The notes under the pieces were generated by a model, which made no database searches, was not told the DNA's origin, and saw only the letters and a list, made by a program, of their open reading frames with translations. Below are positions 19,165-28,809 of a stretch of DNA of 51,721 bases, piece after piece; position 1 is the stretch's first letter, and the number at the start of each line of letters is the position of its first letter. Location: positions 1-51,721 of the forward strand of contig JAFGVM010000063.1 of NCBI GenBank assembly GCA_016937995.1, in the 5' to 3' direction. The stretch comes from Candidatus Delongbacteria bacterium (GTDB lineage Bacteria; UBA4055). The translations under genes were made by a program, and so were the position numbers.

Positions 19165-20145
19165 ATGAAAAATTTACTGATATATATTGTCACTGCTCTA
19201 TTGATCTACTTTGTAATATCTCATTATATTACATCTGAGCAAATAGAATTATTGCAAAATGTTTCTTTGTTTCAAATAGCTATCTCAATACTGATAGCTT
19301 TAATGATCTTCACTGTTAGCGGTAATCAGTTTTCGTATATTTTGTTCAAAAGTACTAAAACTAAGTTAAGTATTCCAGACAGAATAGGATTTCCTACAGC
19401 AAGGAATTTGTGGAGTTATATTATCCCTTTCCAGGGATCTTTTGCATATTCTTTGGCTTTTATAAAATTCAAATACAAAGTAAATTTAAAAGATGGACTA
19501 TCAATTAATATTTACCTTTTACTTTTCAACTTCTTCTTTACAGGATTAGTAGGAATCTACTATTCTCTACAGTCAAATTCATTACCGGTGTTATTTCTAA
19601 TTATATCCATATCACTATTGTCTATTCCGCTACTTCTATTACTTTTCGACAGAGTTCTTAAGAATATTAAAACCCCTGAATTTAAAATATTAAAGTTCTT
19701 GATCGATAACCTATCAAAAGTATCAACAGGTATAACAATACTATGGAAAGATCTAAAATTTACAGCATATGTTTTTTTATTTAATGTTATCCATACAATA
19801 GTTACAATTATTTGGTTTTACTGGACAGTTCATATTTTCAATCTGGATATTGATATTATTTCAGTAATTTTCTTAGCACTGATTTTAAAGATTTCATTAA
19901 TATTCAGACTAACACCCGGTAATCTGGGTGTAGAGCAATTGATTTATGGAGGGATATTCGCTCTTATGAACTATGATCCTAAGATCGGTGTACTTATATC
20001 ATTGTTTCATAAGTCGATTACGATTATTATATCATTGACTGTGGGATCTTTGTTCACTTTTATAAACTTCAAATATTTTAGTTTCAGCACAATATTAAAC
20101 TTCTTAAAACAACAAGATCAGAGGAAAAATGAACCTGCTAAATAA
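19165..20145 (+). CDS. LPG-synthase TM / UPF0104 (AglD-like) flippase-type membrane protein
   Basis: About 8 hydrophobic segments; TPGNLGVEQ matches the TPGGLG..E family motif. Start set at ATG 19165. Confidence 0.7.
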   Translation: MKNLLIYIVTALLIYFVISHYITSEQIELLQNVSLFQIAISILIALMIFTVSGNQFSYILFKSTKTKLSIPDRIGFPTARNLWSYIIPFQGSFAYSLAFIKFKYKVNLKDGLSINIYLLLFNFFFTGLVGIYYSLQSNSLPVLFLIISISLLSIPLLLLLFDRVLKNIKTPEFKILKFLIDNLSKVSTGITILWKDLKFTAYVFLFNVIHTIVTIIWFYWTVHIFNLDIDIISVIFLALILKISLIFRLTPGNLGVEQLIYGGIFALMNYDPKIGVLISLFHKSITIIISLTVGSLFTFINFKYFSFSTILNFLKQQDQRKNEPAK

Positions 20146-21910
20146 CAGACCACTATTAGTATTTATACTTTTTTTATCCATATTTCTATTATTTTCAAAC
20201 GGAAAAGTAACATCTTCAATGGATGTTGACGTACTGCGCTATTCACAGAATCTGATCGATACCGGATCTATCGGATCAGAATCCAAACTGTCAAACGGTA
20301 CGGTCTATAGTCCAAAAACACATTTGTTCTATCCACTTGAAGGTATAGGAATAATTTTACCTGTCGCATTTATTTCAAAATTATCTCAATTTTTCAATAT
20401 TGACTCTACCTTCCTGATCTTTTCTTCTGGGAGTATCCTTTTTGCCCTGGCAATGATGTTCATGTATAAATTATTCTCACTATTGGTTTCCAACCGGAAA
20501 TCTCTATTATTTGTTCTTGCAATAGGTTTAGCTACTCCAGTTTTTGTTTTATCAAAGATGCTTTTCCCGGAACCTTTTGTTATGTTTGCTATATCAGGTT
20601 CACTATATTACTATTTTAAGTTCAGCATAAAGAGATCTGAAATTTCTTTATTATACTGTGGCTTACTCACAGGTTTGACATTGATCATGCGACCGGATTC
20701 TCCGATCTTTTATTCATTGATGATCATTCTTGTTTTAGTTAAACTCTTTAATTATAAAGCAAGTACAAAAAAATATTTGTATTTCTTTGCAGGTATTGTT
20801 GTATTTACAACTGTTTTCTTTTTTAACAATTACTTAAAATTCGGATCTTTCATTGAAACAGGCTATACAGTAAACAAATACCACCGTAATGAAGTTATAA
20901 CTGCACTTCAATCCGACATTATTGAACTCCCAGATAGAATACAGTCAAAGTTAATAACTGCTCAGGAAGCAGTTAAGGCTGATAAAAATTCTAATATTTC
21001 AAAACAACTTGTAAGTGAATACTATTCCTTGGATAAATCTCTCAAAGATAAAAATTCATATCTGCTAGATCTTAAAGAAAATGAAAAATTCAGGATAAAT
21101 GATGTACTTGCTGCAAAGGGGGATGAAGGTTTTGCTCGTTTATTAAAAGATTATTTTTACGGTTTATACCTAATATTAATTTTCCCTAACCGGGCAATAT
21201 TCTTCCTGTCTCCCATTTTCCTATTTGTCGTCTTTGGGATTAAAGGTTTTTATGAACGCTTCAAACTTGAAAGTATATTTTATTCACTGATCTTTTTTGC
21301 ATACCTTTCATTATATGCTCTTAGAGCTCCTTATGGATATAGTGGTACTGCAGCTTGGGGGATCAGGTATATGTTACCTATGTTTTTGATCTTATCCCTA
21401 TTCTTAACTGGGGTTGATAAATTTTTAAACCCAGATCATCCGAAGTATAAATTGTTTAAATACAGTTTCCTCAGTCTATTGGTCTTATCAGCTCTTTTCC
21501 AGATTATCGGTAGTGCAATAAATTATCAGCATGTTCAAATGCCACTTGAGAATGTTATTACACAAGTTTACGGAAAAGAAAACATCAGAATGTCACGTAT
21601 CCAGCTTATGACAAAAGCAAACTCATCACTTTTACTGAATAATGCTCAAATATTAACCGGAAATGTACCAGAAGTTATCAAACCGCATTTGTCAGAAGAT
21701 GTGATAAAATATAATATCAAACCACAATATACTAATAATTCAGGTCCAAACGACTGGTTCTTCTATGATCTAGTTATAGCCGAACAAAAGCAATTGACCG
21801 GGAATTTGAAGAATCCTTCAAACTATAAGTTATTGTTCTTTGTTCTTATTATGCTTGCGATTGGTAGCTCCTACTATGTAATTAGGGGGAAAAAAATTAT
21901 TAAGACTTGA
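20129..21910 (+). CDS. Polytopic GT-C-like (ArnT/PMT family) glycosyltransferase
   Basis: Acidic residues after TM1 (SMDVD), LFPEP, IMRPD, NYLKFG...TGY, FFLSP, AWGIRYMLP; about 11-12 TM segments. Confidence 0.65.
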   Translation: MNLLNNRPLLVFILFLSIFLLFSNGKVTSSMDVDVLRYSQNLIDTGSIGSESKLSNGTVYSPKTHLFYPLEGIGIILPVAFISKLSQFFNIDSTFLIFSSGSILFALAMMFMYKLFSLLVSNRKSLLFVLAIGLATPVFVLSKMLFPEPFVMFAISGSLYYYFKFSIKRSEISLLYCGLLTGLTLIMRPDSPIFYSLMIILVLVKLFNYKASTKKYLYFFAGIVVFTTVFFFNNYLKFGSFIETGYTVNKYHRNEVITALQSDIIELPDRIQSKLITAQEAVKADKNSNISKQLVSEYYSLDKSLKDKNSYLLDLKENEKFRINDVLAAKGDEGFARLLKDYFYGLYLILIFPNRAIFFLSPIFLFVVFGIKGFYERFKLESIFYSLIFFAYLSLYALRAPYGYSGTAAWGIRYMLPMFLILSLFLTGVDKFLNPDHPKYKLFKYSFLSLLVLSALFQIIGSAINYQHVQMPLENVITQVYGKENIRMSRIQLMTKANSSLLLNNAQILTGNVPEVIKPHLSEDVIKYNIKPQYTNNSGPNDWFFYDLVIAEQKQLTGNLKNPSNYKLLFFVLIMLAIGSSYYVIRGKKIIKT

Positions 21911-21935
21911 CAATAAAATAGTATTATGCTATTAT
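21907..21935 (+). promoter_or_regulatory. Sigma70-type promoter for the secreted protein gene
   Basis: TTGACA-17 bp-TATTAT with an extended -10 TG; overlaps the previous stop codon; GGGG RBS-like run before ATG 21994. Confidence 0.65.
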
Positions 21936-21993
21936 AATTCTATATCAACGCAATTAAAAAGTACCTGTCATACTCAAACTCACAGGGGAAGCT

Positions 21994-23523
21994 ATGAAAA
22001 ATACTATTCTAATCGCACTAATTTTAATTTCGATCTCTATTTCTCATGCGACTATAATTGACACTCCGACAGTATCAGGTAGTTGGGATATCACCTCTTC
22101 TCCTTATGAGATATATTGTGATATCGAAATACCTAACGGAGAAACATTATCAATAGAACCGGGAGTAGAAGTAATTTTTTTTGGACATTATAGATTAAAT
22201 GTTCAAGGTAAAATTATTGCAACTGGGACTGAAGATCATAACATATTTTTCAAGGCAAATAATACTGAAGATGGTTAGATGGGTATTAGATTTGTAAAAA
22301 CTCCTCTAACAAATGATACTTCAGAAATTTCATTCTGTACAATTACTGATGGGAACGCTAATATCTGGGACGACATCTATTCTTTCCTTGGCGGCGGTAT
22401 ATTCATGTGGGATTATTCAAAATTACATATAAAAAATAATTTATTTATAAGTAATCGGGCCGGTGCAGGATCAGCAGTTGCTTTATGGAATTCCAGCCCA
22501 GAAATTTCTAATAACATTTTCAGAGCAAATTGTTCTGGATATGAAGGACTTGAAGGTTCTTCCGGGTCTGCTACAATTGATTGCTTATTTGGAAGTAGTC
22601 CTATAATAAAAAACAACCTGATAGAGCAAAACTGGCTGGTTGGAGAAGATTGGGCTCAAGGTGCAGCAATAAGACTTAAAGCAGAAAGTAATGCAAGAAT
22701 TCAAAACAACATCATCCGAGAGAACTATATTATTTCAAACGGAAATGAAGCTGAAGGAATTGCAATGTACATTCATTCTTCAGATCCGGTCATATTGAAA
22801 AATTTGATATATGACAATTATGTCTATCCAACTTTTTCACTTGGTGACGGAGGCGCTCTCTGGTTTTATGATTCTAACGCAAAAGTAATTAATAACACCA
22901 TTAAGACAAATATTGCAAGTGATGGTGGAGCTTTATACTTTTACAGTTCTTCACCTGATTTTCATAATAACATTATACGAGGAAATGAAGCGACTGTAGG
23001 AGATCAAATTTACTTAAAAGATTCTAATTGTGATCCAAACTTTTACCACAACAATATTGAAGGCGGTTATGATTGCTTGTACGGTCCCGGTATGAGTTCT
23101 TTTACAGGTGCATGGATAAACAATATAGACGAAGATCCCAAATATGAAGATCAGGGAAATGGGATCACTTTCGATCTTGCTACTGACTCACCTTGTATTG
23201 ATTCAGGAACTTTAGAATATATTTCAGATGTTATTTTGGAGGAAATTGATCTTTTAGGAAATGATAGAATATCAGGTCAGAATATTGATATGGGTGCTGT
23301 CGAATCATTTGTAAAAGCGCCAACAAATCTTTATTTTGAAAATAATGGAACTTCAGTTACTTTAAACTGGGATCTTGATCCGTTGGTATCATCTTACAAT
23401 ATTTATTATTCAGATTCACCTTTCGGTGAATTTATACTTCTTGATACTATTACTACAAATTCTTACCAAATTCCAGTAAACGAAAGTATAAAATTCTTTT
23501 ATGTTATTTCGAATAGAAATTAA
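21994..23523 (+). pseudogene. Secreted right-handed beta-helix protein interrupted by a single in-frame TAG (22276-22278)
   Basis: The 94-aa and 414-aa ORFs abut in the same frame. Signal peptide, SPY..IEPGV..GW-type N-domain, GGA/N-rich beta-helix repeats, SPCIDSG..DLLGNDR..IDMGAVE (choice-of-anchor-Q-like) and an FN3-like tail. Confidence 0.65.
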
Positions 23524-23547
23524 ATCTACAACAATATTTGAATTTGT

Positions 23548-23574
23548 AAAAAGCAGCTGATTTAGCTGCTTTTT
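23548..23574. terminator. Bidirectional intrinsic terminator between convergent genes
   Basis: AAAAAGCAGCT-gattt-AGCTGCTTTTT. Confidence 0.8.
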
Positions 23575-24518
23575 CTTTTTGATGATATCGAAATTATAGT
23601 CCCGATATAAAATCTTATTATCGCACCTGGTGCTGCTCTCAAAATTATACCGAAATCCTTTTTATTTTGAGAAATATAAATAATGAACATTATATAAAAA
23701 AACAGTAGTACTCCAATCGCATAGTTCGGATATAGGTAAACAAGAACTAATATGAAAATATGTACCAAATAGTAAAAAATCGAAAACAAATTAAATTTCG
23801 ATAAATGAAAATTGGCCCACTCTTTACCAACTTTTATTAATTTCAATTTTGGATTTCTGTCTAATTTCGAAACATAATTTATATCGATCTTAGTATGAGC
23901 AAGTAATTTTGTTTTTCTTTCATATACGATCTTTTTATATATGAACTCTTCACTATGCTCTATAGGAATACCTTCTTCAGCTATAGATAGGAACATTTCT
24001 TTATTGATACCAAAAAATTTAGTCGTTTTATATATTTTCTTGAAGTTCTTTTTTGTTATCCATAATTCTTCACCATGCTTTTTTTGCGGATAATACGGAT
24101 TGTACAATTTTTCTCTAAAAATATAGATCAGAGCATCCTGATTTGAACGGTATTTATCAATATTCAATTCACCTGCAATGATCGGGAGATAACCAATAGC
24201 ATTTATATTCTTTAATAAATCTTTTTTAACTACTGTTCTCTGATTAATGAAAATAAGATTATCGTATGTCGCATTTTTTGCTCCGACAATAGCGGATTCA
24301 ATAAAACCGATCCTTTTTCTGAGTCCTATTACCCGAATGTCATAACCTGCGACTATCCTGAAAGTTCTATCAGTAGAAGCATCATTTACAACGATAACTT
24401 CATACTTATCTTCAGGATAATCAATATTCCTAATCGCATCCAAACACCTGAACAATGTTTCTTCACCGTTAAATACAGGTATGATAATAGAAATTTGCAT
24501 TCTTACTTTTCTCTCCAT
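23562..24518 (-). CDS. GT2-like glycosyltransferase with degenerate DxD and C-terminal TM helices
   Basis: ISIIIPVFNGEETL, VIVVNDASTD; the expected DxD position reads FINQR. Start may be 24500. Confidence 0.75.
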   Translation of the reverse strand: MERKVRMQISIIIPVFNGEETLFRCLDAIRNIDYPEDKYEVIVVNDASTDRTFRIVAGYDIRVIGLRKRIGFIESAIVGAKNATYDNLIFINQRTVVKKDLLKNINAIGYLPIIAGELNIDKYRSNQDALIYIFREKLYNPYYPQKKHGEELWITKKNFKKIYKTTKFFGINKEMFLSIAEEGIPIEHSEEFIYKKIVYERKTKLLAHTKIDINYVSKLDRNPKLKLIKVGKEWANFHLSKFNLFSIFYYLVHIFILVLVYLYPNYAIGVLLFFYIMFIIYISQNKKDFGIILRAAPGAIIRFYIGTIISISSKRKSS

Positions 24519-25246
24519 TTTTTTAGATCTTCATAATCCGTAAGATCGATCTTCAATGGTGTTATCGTGATCTCATTTTCAAGGATATATCTGTCATCAT
24601 CATCTCTTTCATAGTCCAGTTCTTTTTCTGGTCCACCGGCAAAAAAATAATTTTTACCTAAGTGGTTGTGTTCTGCGTATAATTGGAAAAAATTACCTAA
24701 TCCCTGTCTACAATATATAGGCGGTTTACTATAATCAGGTTCAGTAGGAATATTAATGTTCAAAATTGAACTGTTCTCCTTCATAAATTCAAAGTTCTTC
24801 TTTATAAAATCCTTTACAAATACAGCTGCATCTTTAAATTTATTATCCTGATAAGAATAAAGTGAAACTGCTATACCCGGGATATTAAAAAATGCACCTT
24901 CAATTATTGCTGCCACTGTACCGCTATAATGCACACTGATACCGTTATTTGATCCTTTGTTTATTCCTGAAACTACCAGATCAATTTTACCATTGTAAAG
25001 ATTTTGCAATGCCAGCTTTACACAATCTACGGGAGTTCCGTTCACACTAATTCCCTTCAAATCCTTATCAGCCACTTTATGTATCAGCAAGGGTTGATTA
25101 ATAGTTATTTTGTGTGAAGTTCCACTATGCTCTTCACTGGGCGCAACTATAAATATATTAAATTCATCCTTTAATGCATAGTATAATTCTTTAATACCGT
25201 CAAAAAAGATTCCGTCATCATTGGTCAGTAAGATATTAAGCTTCAA
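24503..25246 (-). CDS. surE: 5'/3'-nucleotidase SurE
   Basis: ILLTNDDG, GTPVDCV, SGINKGSN, YSGTVAA, ITITPL. Confidence 0.95.
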   Translation of the reverse strand: MKLNILLTNDDGIFFDGIKELYYALKDEFNIFIVAPSEEHSGTSHKITINQPLLIHKVADKDLKGISVNGTPVDCVKLALQNLYNGKIDLVVSGINKGSNNGISVHYSGTVAAIIEGAFFNIPGIAVSLYSYQDNKFKDAAVFVKDFIKKNFEFMKENSSILNINIPTEPDYSKPPIYCRQGLGNFFQLYAEHNHLGKNYFFAGGPEKELDYERDDDDRYILENEITITPLKIDLTDYEDLKKWREK

Positions 25247-26087
25247 CTTTTACTCCCGAATTCAGTATTTCACTGGCAACAAATAGAGAATCTTTATTTT
25301 CCTGCACATCATGAACTCTGAATATTCTTGCACCGTTAATATAAGCTATCACATTAGAAGCTAAAGTGCCATTCAGTCTGTTATTTACATCTTTCCCGTT
25401 TATCTCACCTATAAAGCTCTTTCTTGATGTACCAATCAGCAAAGGACATCCCAGATCCATAAAAGAACGAAGTTGACTTAATATGGTTTTATTCCCAATA
25501 ATATCTTTACCGAATCCAATTCCGGGATCCAGTATTAAAGCCTCTTTTTTCATGCCAGCATTCATTGCCTTAAGGATCGAATTTTTGAGAAAATCTTTTA
25601 TTTCAACAATTATATCATCGTATTCTGTGTAAGATTGCATTATTTTCGGATCTCTCTTCATATGCATTAGACACAAACCGGCACCATATTCATTTGTTAA
25701 CCTGGCAATATCATCAGATACTGAAAGTCCGGTAATATCATTTATAATATCTGCACCTGATTTGAGTACTTCCAATGCTACTTTAGGTTTATAAGTATCT
25801 ACACTTAGGCAAATTTGAAATCTGGAATTGATCTTTTCAACAATTTTTAATATTCTCTCGATCTCTTCTTCTGCTGAAACTCTATCTGAACCCGGCCTTG
25901 ATGATTCCCCTCCGACATCAATAATATCCGCTCCCTCATTGATCATTCTTTCACAGTGAAATAAAGCAGAATCCTCAGAACTGAATTTTCCTCCGTCAGA
26001 AAAAGAGTCGGGTGTAATATTCAGGATTCCCATGATAACAGGGGATCGTTGCAGATCAAATTGATATTTTCCGGCTTTAAATATCAC
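25236..26087 (-). CDS. folP: Dihydropteroate synthase
   Basis: MGILNITPDSFSDGG, DVGGESSRPG, DPGIGFGK, GTSRKSF, RVHDV. Confidence 0.97.
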   Translation of the reverse strand: MIFKAGKYQFDLQRSPVIMGILNITPDSFSDGGKFSSEDSALFHCERMINEGADIIDVGGESSRPGSDRVSAEEEIERILKIVEKINSRFQICLSVDTYKPKVALEVLKSGADIINDITGLSVSDDIARLTNEYGAGLCLMHMKRDPKIMQSYTEYDDIIVEIKDFLKNSILKAMNAGMKKEALILDPGIGFGKDIIGNKTILSQLRSFMDLGCPLLIGTSRKSFIGEINGKDVNNRLNGTLASNVIAYINGARIFRVHDVQENKDSLFVASEILNSGVKVEA

Positions 26088-28146
26088 TTTTCAGATCCGC
26101 TCCGTACATTTTAATACCAGAAGATTCAAGGTTCAGTAACTCATCTATCTCACTACCTGATAAAGTTTCTTTTTCCAGCAAAGCTTCTGCAAGCTTATCA
26201 AGCAATTCTCTATTTTCACCTATTACTTTCTTTGTTCTCTCCATTGCACTGAAAATTATTTTTTGTACGGCTGTATCTATCTTCTTTCCTATCTCTTCAG
26301 ATATAGTTGAAGTTCTTGTCAATTCTTTTCCAAGGAATGGATTATCGTTCTTCACCCCGTAATGAATAGGTCCTATCTCCTCTGACATTCCCCACTCGCA
26401 CACCATTTTACGTGCAATGTCTGTAGCTCTCTCAATATCATTGCTCGCACCTGTAGTTATATCGTTGAATACGATCTCCTCAGCGACTCTTCCTCCGAAC
26501 AGATGCAACAGCTTACTGTAAATATAAGTTTTAGAGTAACTATGCTTTTCTTCGATCGGAAGATAATGAGTCAATCCCATTGCCCTTCCTCTAGGGATTA
26601 TAGTAACTTTATGAACAGGATCACTTCCTTCTGTTAGTTTAGCTATCAGAACATGACCAGCTTCGTGATATGCTGTTATTTTCTTTTCTTCTGGATTTAT
26701 GACAGCTGATTTCCTCTCAACACCCATCATGACTTTGTCTTTAGCATCCTCAATGTCAAGAAGCTCAACTTTTTTCTTACCTCTTCTAGCAGCAAAAAGA
26801 GCAGCCTCATTAATTATACTTGCCAGATCCGCTCCTGATAAACCTGGAGTTCCTTTTGCAATAACATTAAGGTCAATATCATCCGCTGCTTTTATCTTTT
26901 TTGAATGAACGATCAGGATCTCTTCCCTTGCTTTAACATCCGGTCTGTCTACAACTACATGCCTGTCAAATCTACCAGGTCTCAAAAGTGCAGGATCAAG
27001 CACATCCGGCCTGTTAGTTGCAGCAATTACGATCACGTTATCCTCTGTATCAAATCCATCCATCTCAACAAGTAACTGATTTAAAGTCTGTTCACGCTCA
27101 TCATTACCACCACCTATACCTGTACCTCTGTGTCTTCCCACCGCATCTAGCTCGTCAATAAAAAGTATGCAGGGTGAACTTTTCTTGCTTTGTATAAATA
27201 GATCTCTCACCCTTGATGCACCAACACCAACGAACATTTCCACAAAATCCGCACCGGATATTGTAAAAAATGGTACTCCAGCTTCTCCTGCTACTGCTTT
27301 TGCCATGAGTGTTTTACCTGTTCCCGGAGGACCTGTTAATAAAACACCTTTAGGGATTTTAGCACCTATATTAATGAATTTTTCTGGTTTCTTTAAAAAT
27401 TCTATTACTTCTGAAAGCTCCTCCTTTGCTTCTTCTGATCCAGCTACATCTTTGAATGTAATTTTATTTTTTTCCTGATCGACCAGTCTTGCTTTACTTT
27501 TTCCAAAAGTAAATATTCCTTTACCTCCCTGTGCTCCACCACCCTGCATTCTTTTCATCAGATAAATCCACAGGAAAATAAATAATACCCACGGAAGCAT
27601 TGTTATAAGAAAATCAGATACACCATATTCTTCTTTGACCAATTCAACCTTAATACCTTTTGTAGTCAACAGATCAGCAGTTTCTTTTGTTACTGAAGGA
27701 ACGATAAGTTTAAATTTTGTATATTTTTTGCTACTGCCTTTAGGAATTTCAATTTCAGATACAAAGTCTCCTGTCACCTCTGCATTTGAACCGACATTTG
27801 TAATTTTAACAGATTTTATATTGTCAAGCAACCCGTTAAACTCATTGTAAGAAAGCTCTTTTAACTTGGAATCCTTATCCATAAAATTCATTGCAATTAA
27901 AGCAATTGCGATCACAACCATCCAGATAATAAATGTCTTTGAACCTTTTTTCCAGAATTTGCCATCATCTTCGATCTTAAATCCTCTTTTGCCGTCAGGT
28001 CTGTTGGATAATTTTTCGTTTTCTTTGATCTTTTTGAACTCTTCAAGGATCTTTTCTTCACGATCCTTATTTATCTGATCAGACTCTTCTTTTTTAGGTT
28101 TATCTGATGATTTTTCTTCTTTCATTTTTTTATCTTCTTCTTCCAT
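26077..28146 (-). CDS. ftsH: ATP-dependent zinc metalloprotease FtsH
   Basis: Two TMs, [38 protein letters not shown]. Confidence 0.98.
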   Translation of the reverse strand: MEEEDKKMKEEKSSDKPKKEESDQINKDREEKILEEFKKIKENEKLSNRPDGKRGFKIEDDGKFWKKGSKTFIIWMVVIAIALIAMNFMDKDSKLKELSYNEFNGLLDNIKSVKITNVGSNAEVTGDFVSEIEIPKGSSKKYTKFKLIVPSVTKETADLLTTKGIKVELVKEEYGVSDFLITMLPWVLFIFLWIYLMKRMQGGGAQGGKGIFTFGKSKARLVDQEKNKITFKDVAGSEEAKEELSEVIEFLKKPEKFINIGAKIPKGVLLTGPPGTGKTLMAKAVAGEAGVPFFTISGADFVEMFVGVGASRVRDLFIQSKKSSPCILFIDELDAVGRHRGTGIGGGNDEREQTLNQLLVEMDGFDTEDNVIVIAATNRPDVLDPALLRPGRFDRHVVVDRPDVKAREEILIVHSKKIKAADDIDLNVIAKGTPGLSGADLASIINEAALFAARRGKKKVELLDIEDAKDKVMMGVERKSAVINPEEKKITAYHEAGHVLIAKLTEGSDPVHKVTIIPRGRAMGLTHYLPIEEKHSYSKTYIYSKLLHLFGGRVAEEIVFNDITTGASNDIERATDIARKMVCEWGMSEEIGPIHYGVKNDNPFLGKELTRTSTISEEIGKKIDTAVQKIIFSAMERTKKVIGENRELLDKLAEALLEKETLSGSEIDELLNLESSGIKMYGADLKSDI

Positions 28147-28158
28147 TTATCTGTCCGT

Positions 28159-28692
28159 TTATTTTGCTAGTTTGAGGATTCTGTTTATATTTCGTCCTTT
28201 TTGTGCATAGTCCAACCCATACCCGATGATAAAATCATTCCCGATCTTAATTCCCGAGTAATCAGGTCTTTCTAGTGATGAGTCTTCTTTGTAAAAAAGA
28301 AAACAGGATCTTATACTCCTAGGATTTTTTTTCGTGAAATGATCTTTTAAAAAACTTAATGTTAAACCGGTGTCCAGGATATCATCTATTAAGATCACAT
28401 CCTTATCTTCAATATTGATCCCGGTATCCAAGGTAAGTTTTACCTCACCTGTAGATTTTAAACTATCCCCGTAGCTGGTTACTTTCACATAATCTATTGT
28501 AATATTTTCTGGTAATTTGAAAACGATATCGTTCATAAAAGGTATTGCACCATTTAATACACCGATAATAACTAAATTAGAATAATCCGAATAATCATTG
28601 ATTATTTCTGAAGATATCCTGTTTACTGCGACCTTAAGTTCTTTTTCTGAAATATATTCGTCAAAATATTTATCGTTTAAAATCACCACCAT
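28159..28692 (-). CDS. hpt: Hypoxanthine phosphoribosyltransferase
   Basis: VILIDDILDTGLTL PRPP motif, FIIGYGLDY; hpt-ftsH-folP synteny. Confidence 0.92.
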   Translation of the reverse strand: MVVILNDKYFDEYISEKELKVAVNRISSEIINDYSDYSNLVIIGVLNGAIPFMNDIVFKLPENITIDYVKVTSYGDSLKSTGEVKLTLDTGINIEDKDVILIDDILDTGLTLSFLKDHFTKKNPRSIRSCFLFYKEDSSLERPDYSGIKIGNDFIIGYGLDYAQKGRNINRILKLAK

Positions 28693-28740
28693 ATGACCTC
28701 ATTGATCCAGTTGACTTATGTATATTAATATAAGCTTTAG

Positions 28741-28769
28741 AAGTTATTAAAGGGAGCATCAAAAGTCAA
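28741..28769 (-). promoter_or_regulatory. Possible sigma70 promoter upstream of hpt
   Basis: Minus strand TTGACT-17 bp-TAACTT. Confidence 0.4.
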
Positions 28770-28809
28770 GATATAAAACAAAACGTAATCTTTATTAAAA
28801 AAAAGAGTT

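Noticed and set aside
22276-22278. Genome-wide TAG recoding or pyrrolysine
   Set aside because: TAG terminates accD (45353), DUF1858 (46222) and the Cys4 protein (31986) at expected lengths. Only one internal TAG was seen, at a Trp-like position, and no pyl genes are present.
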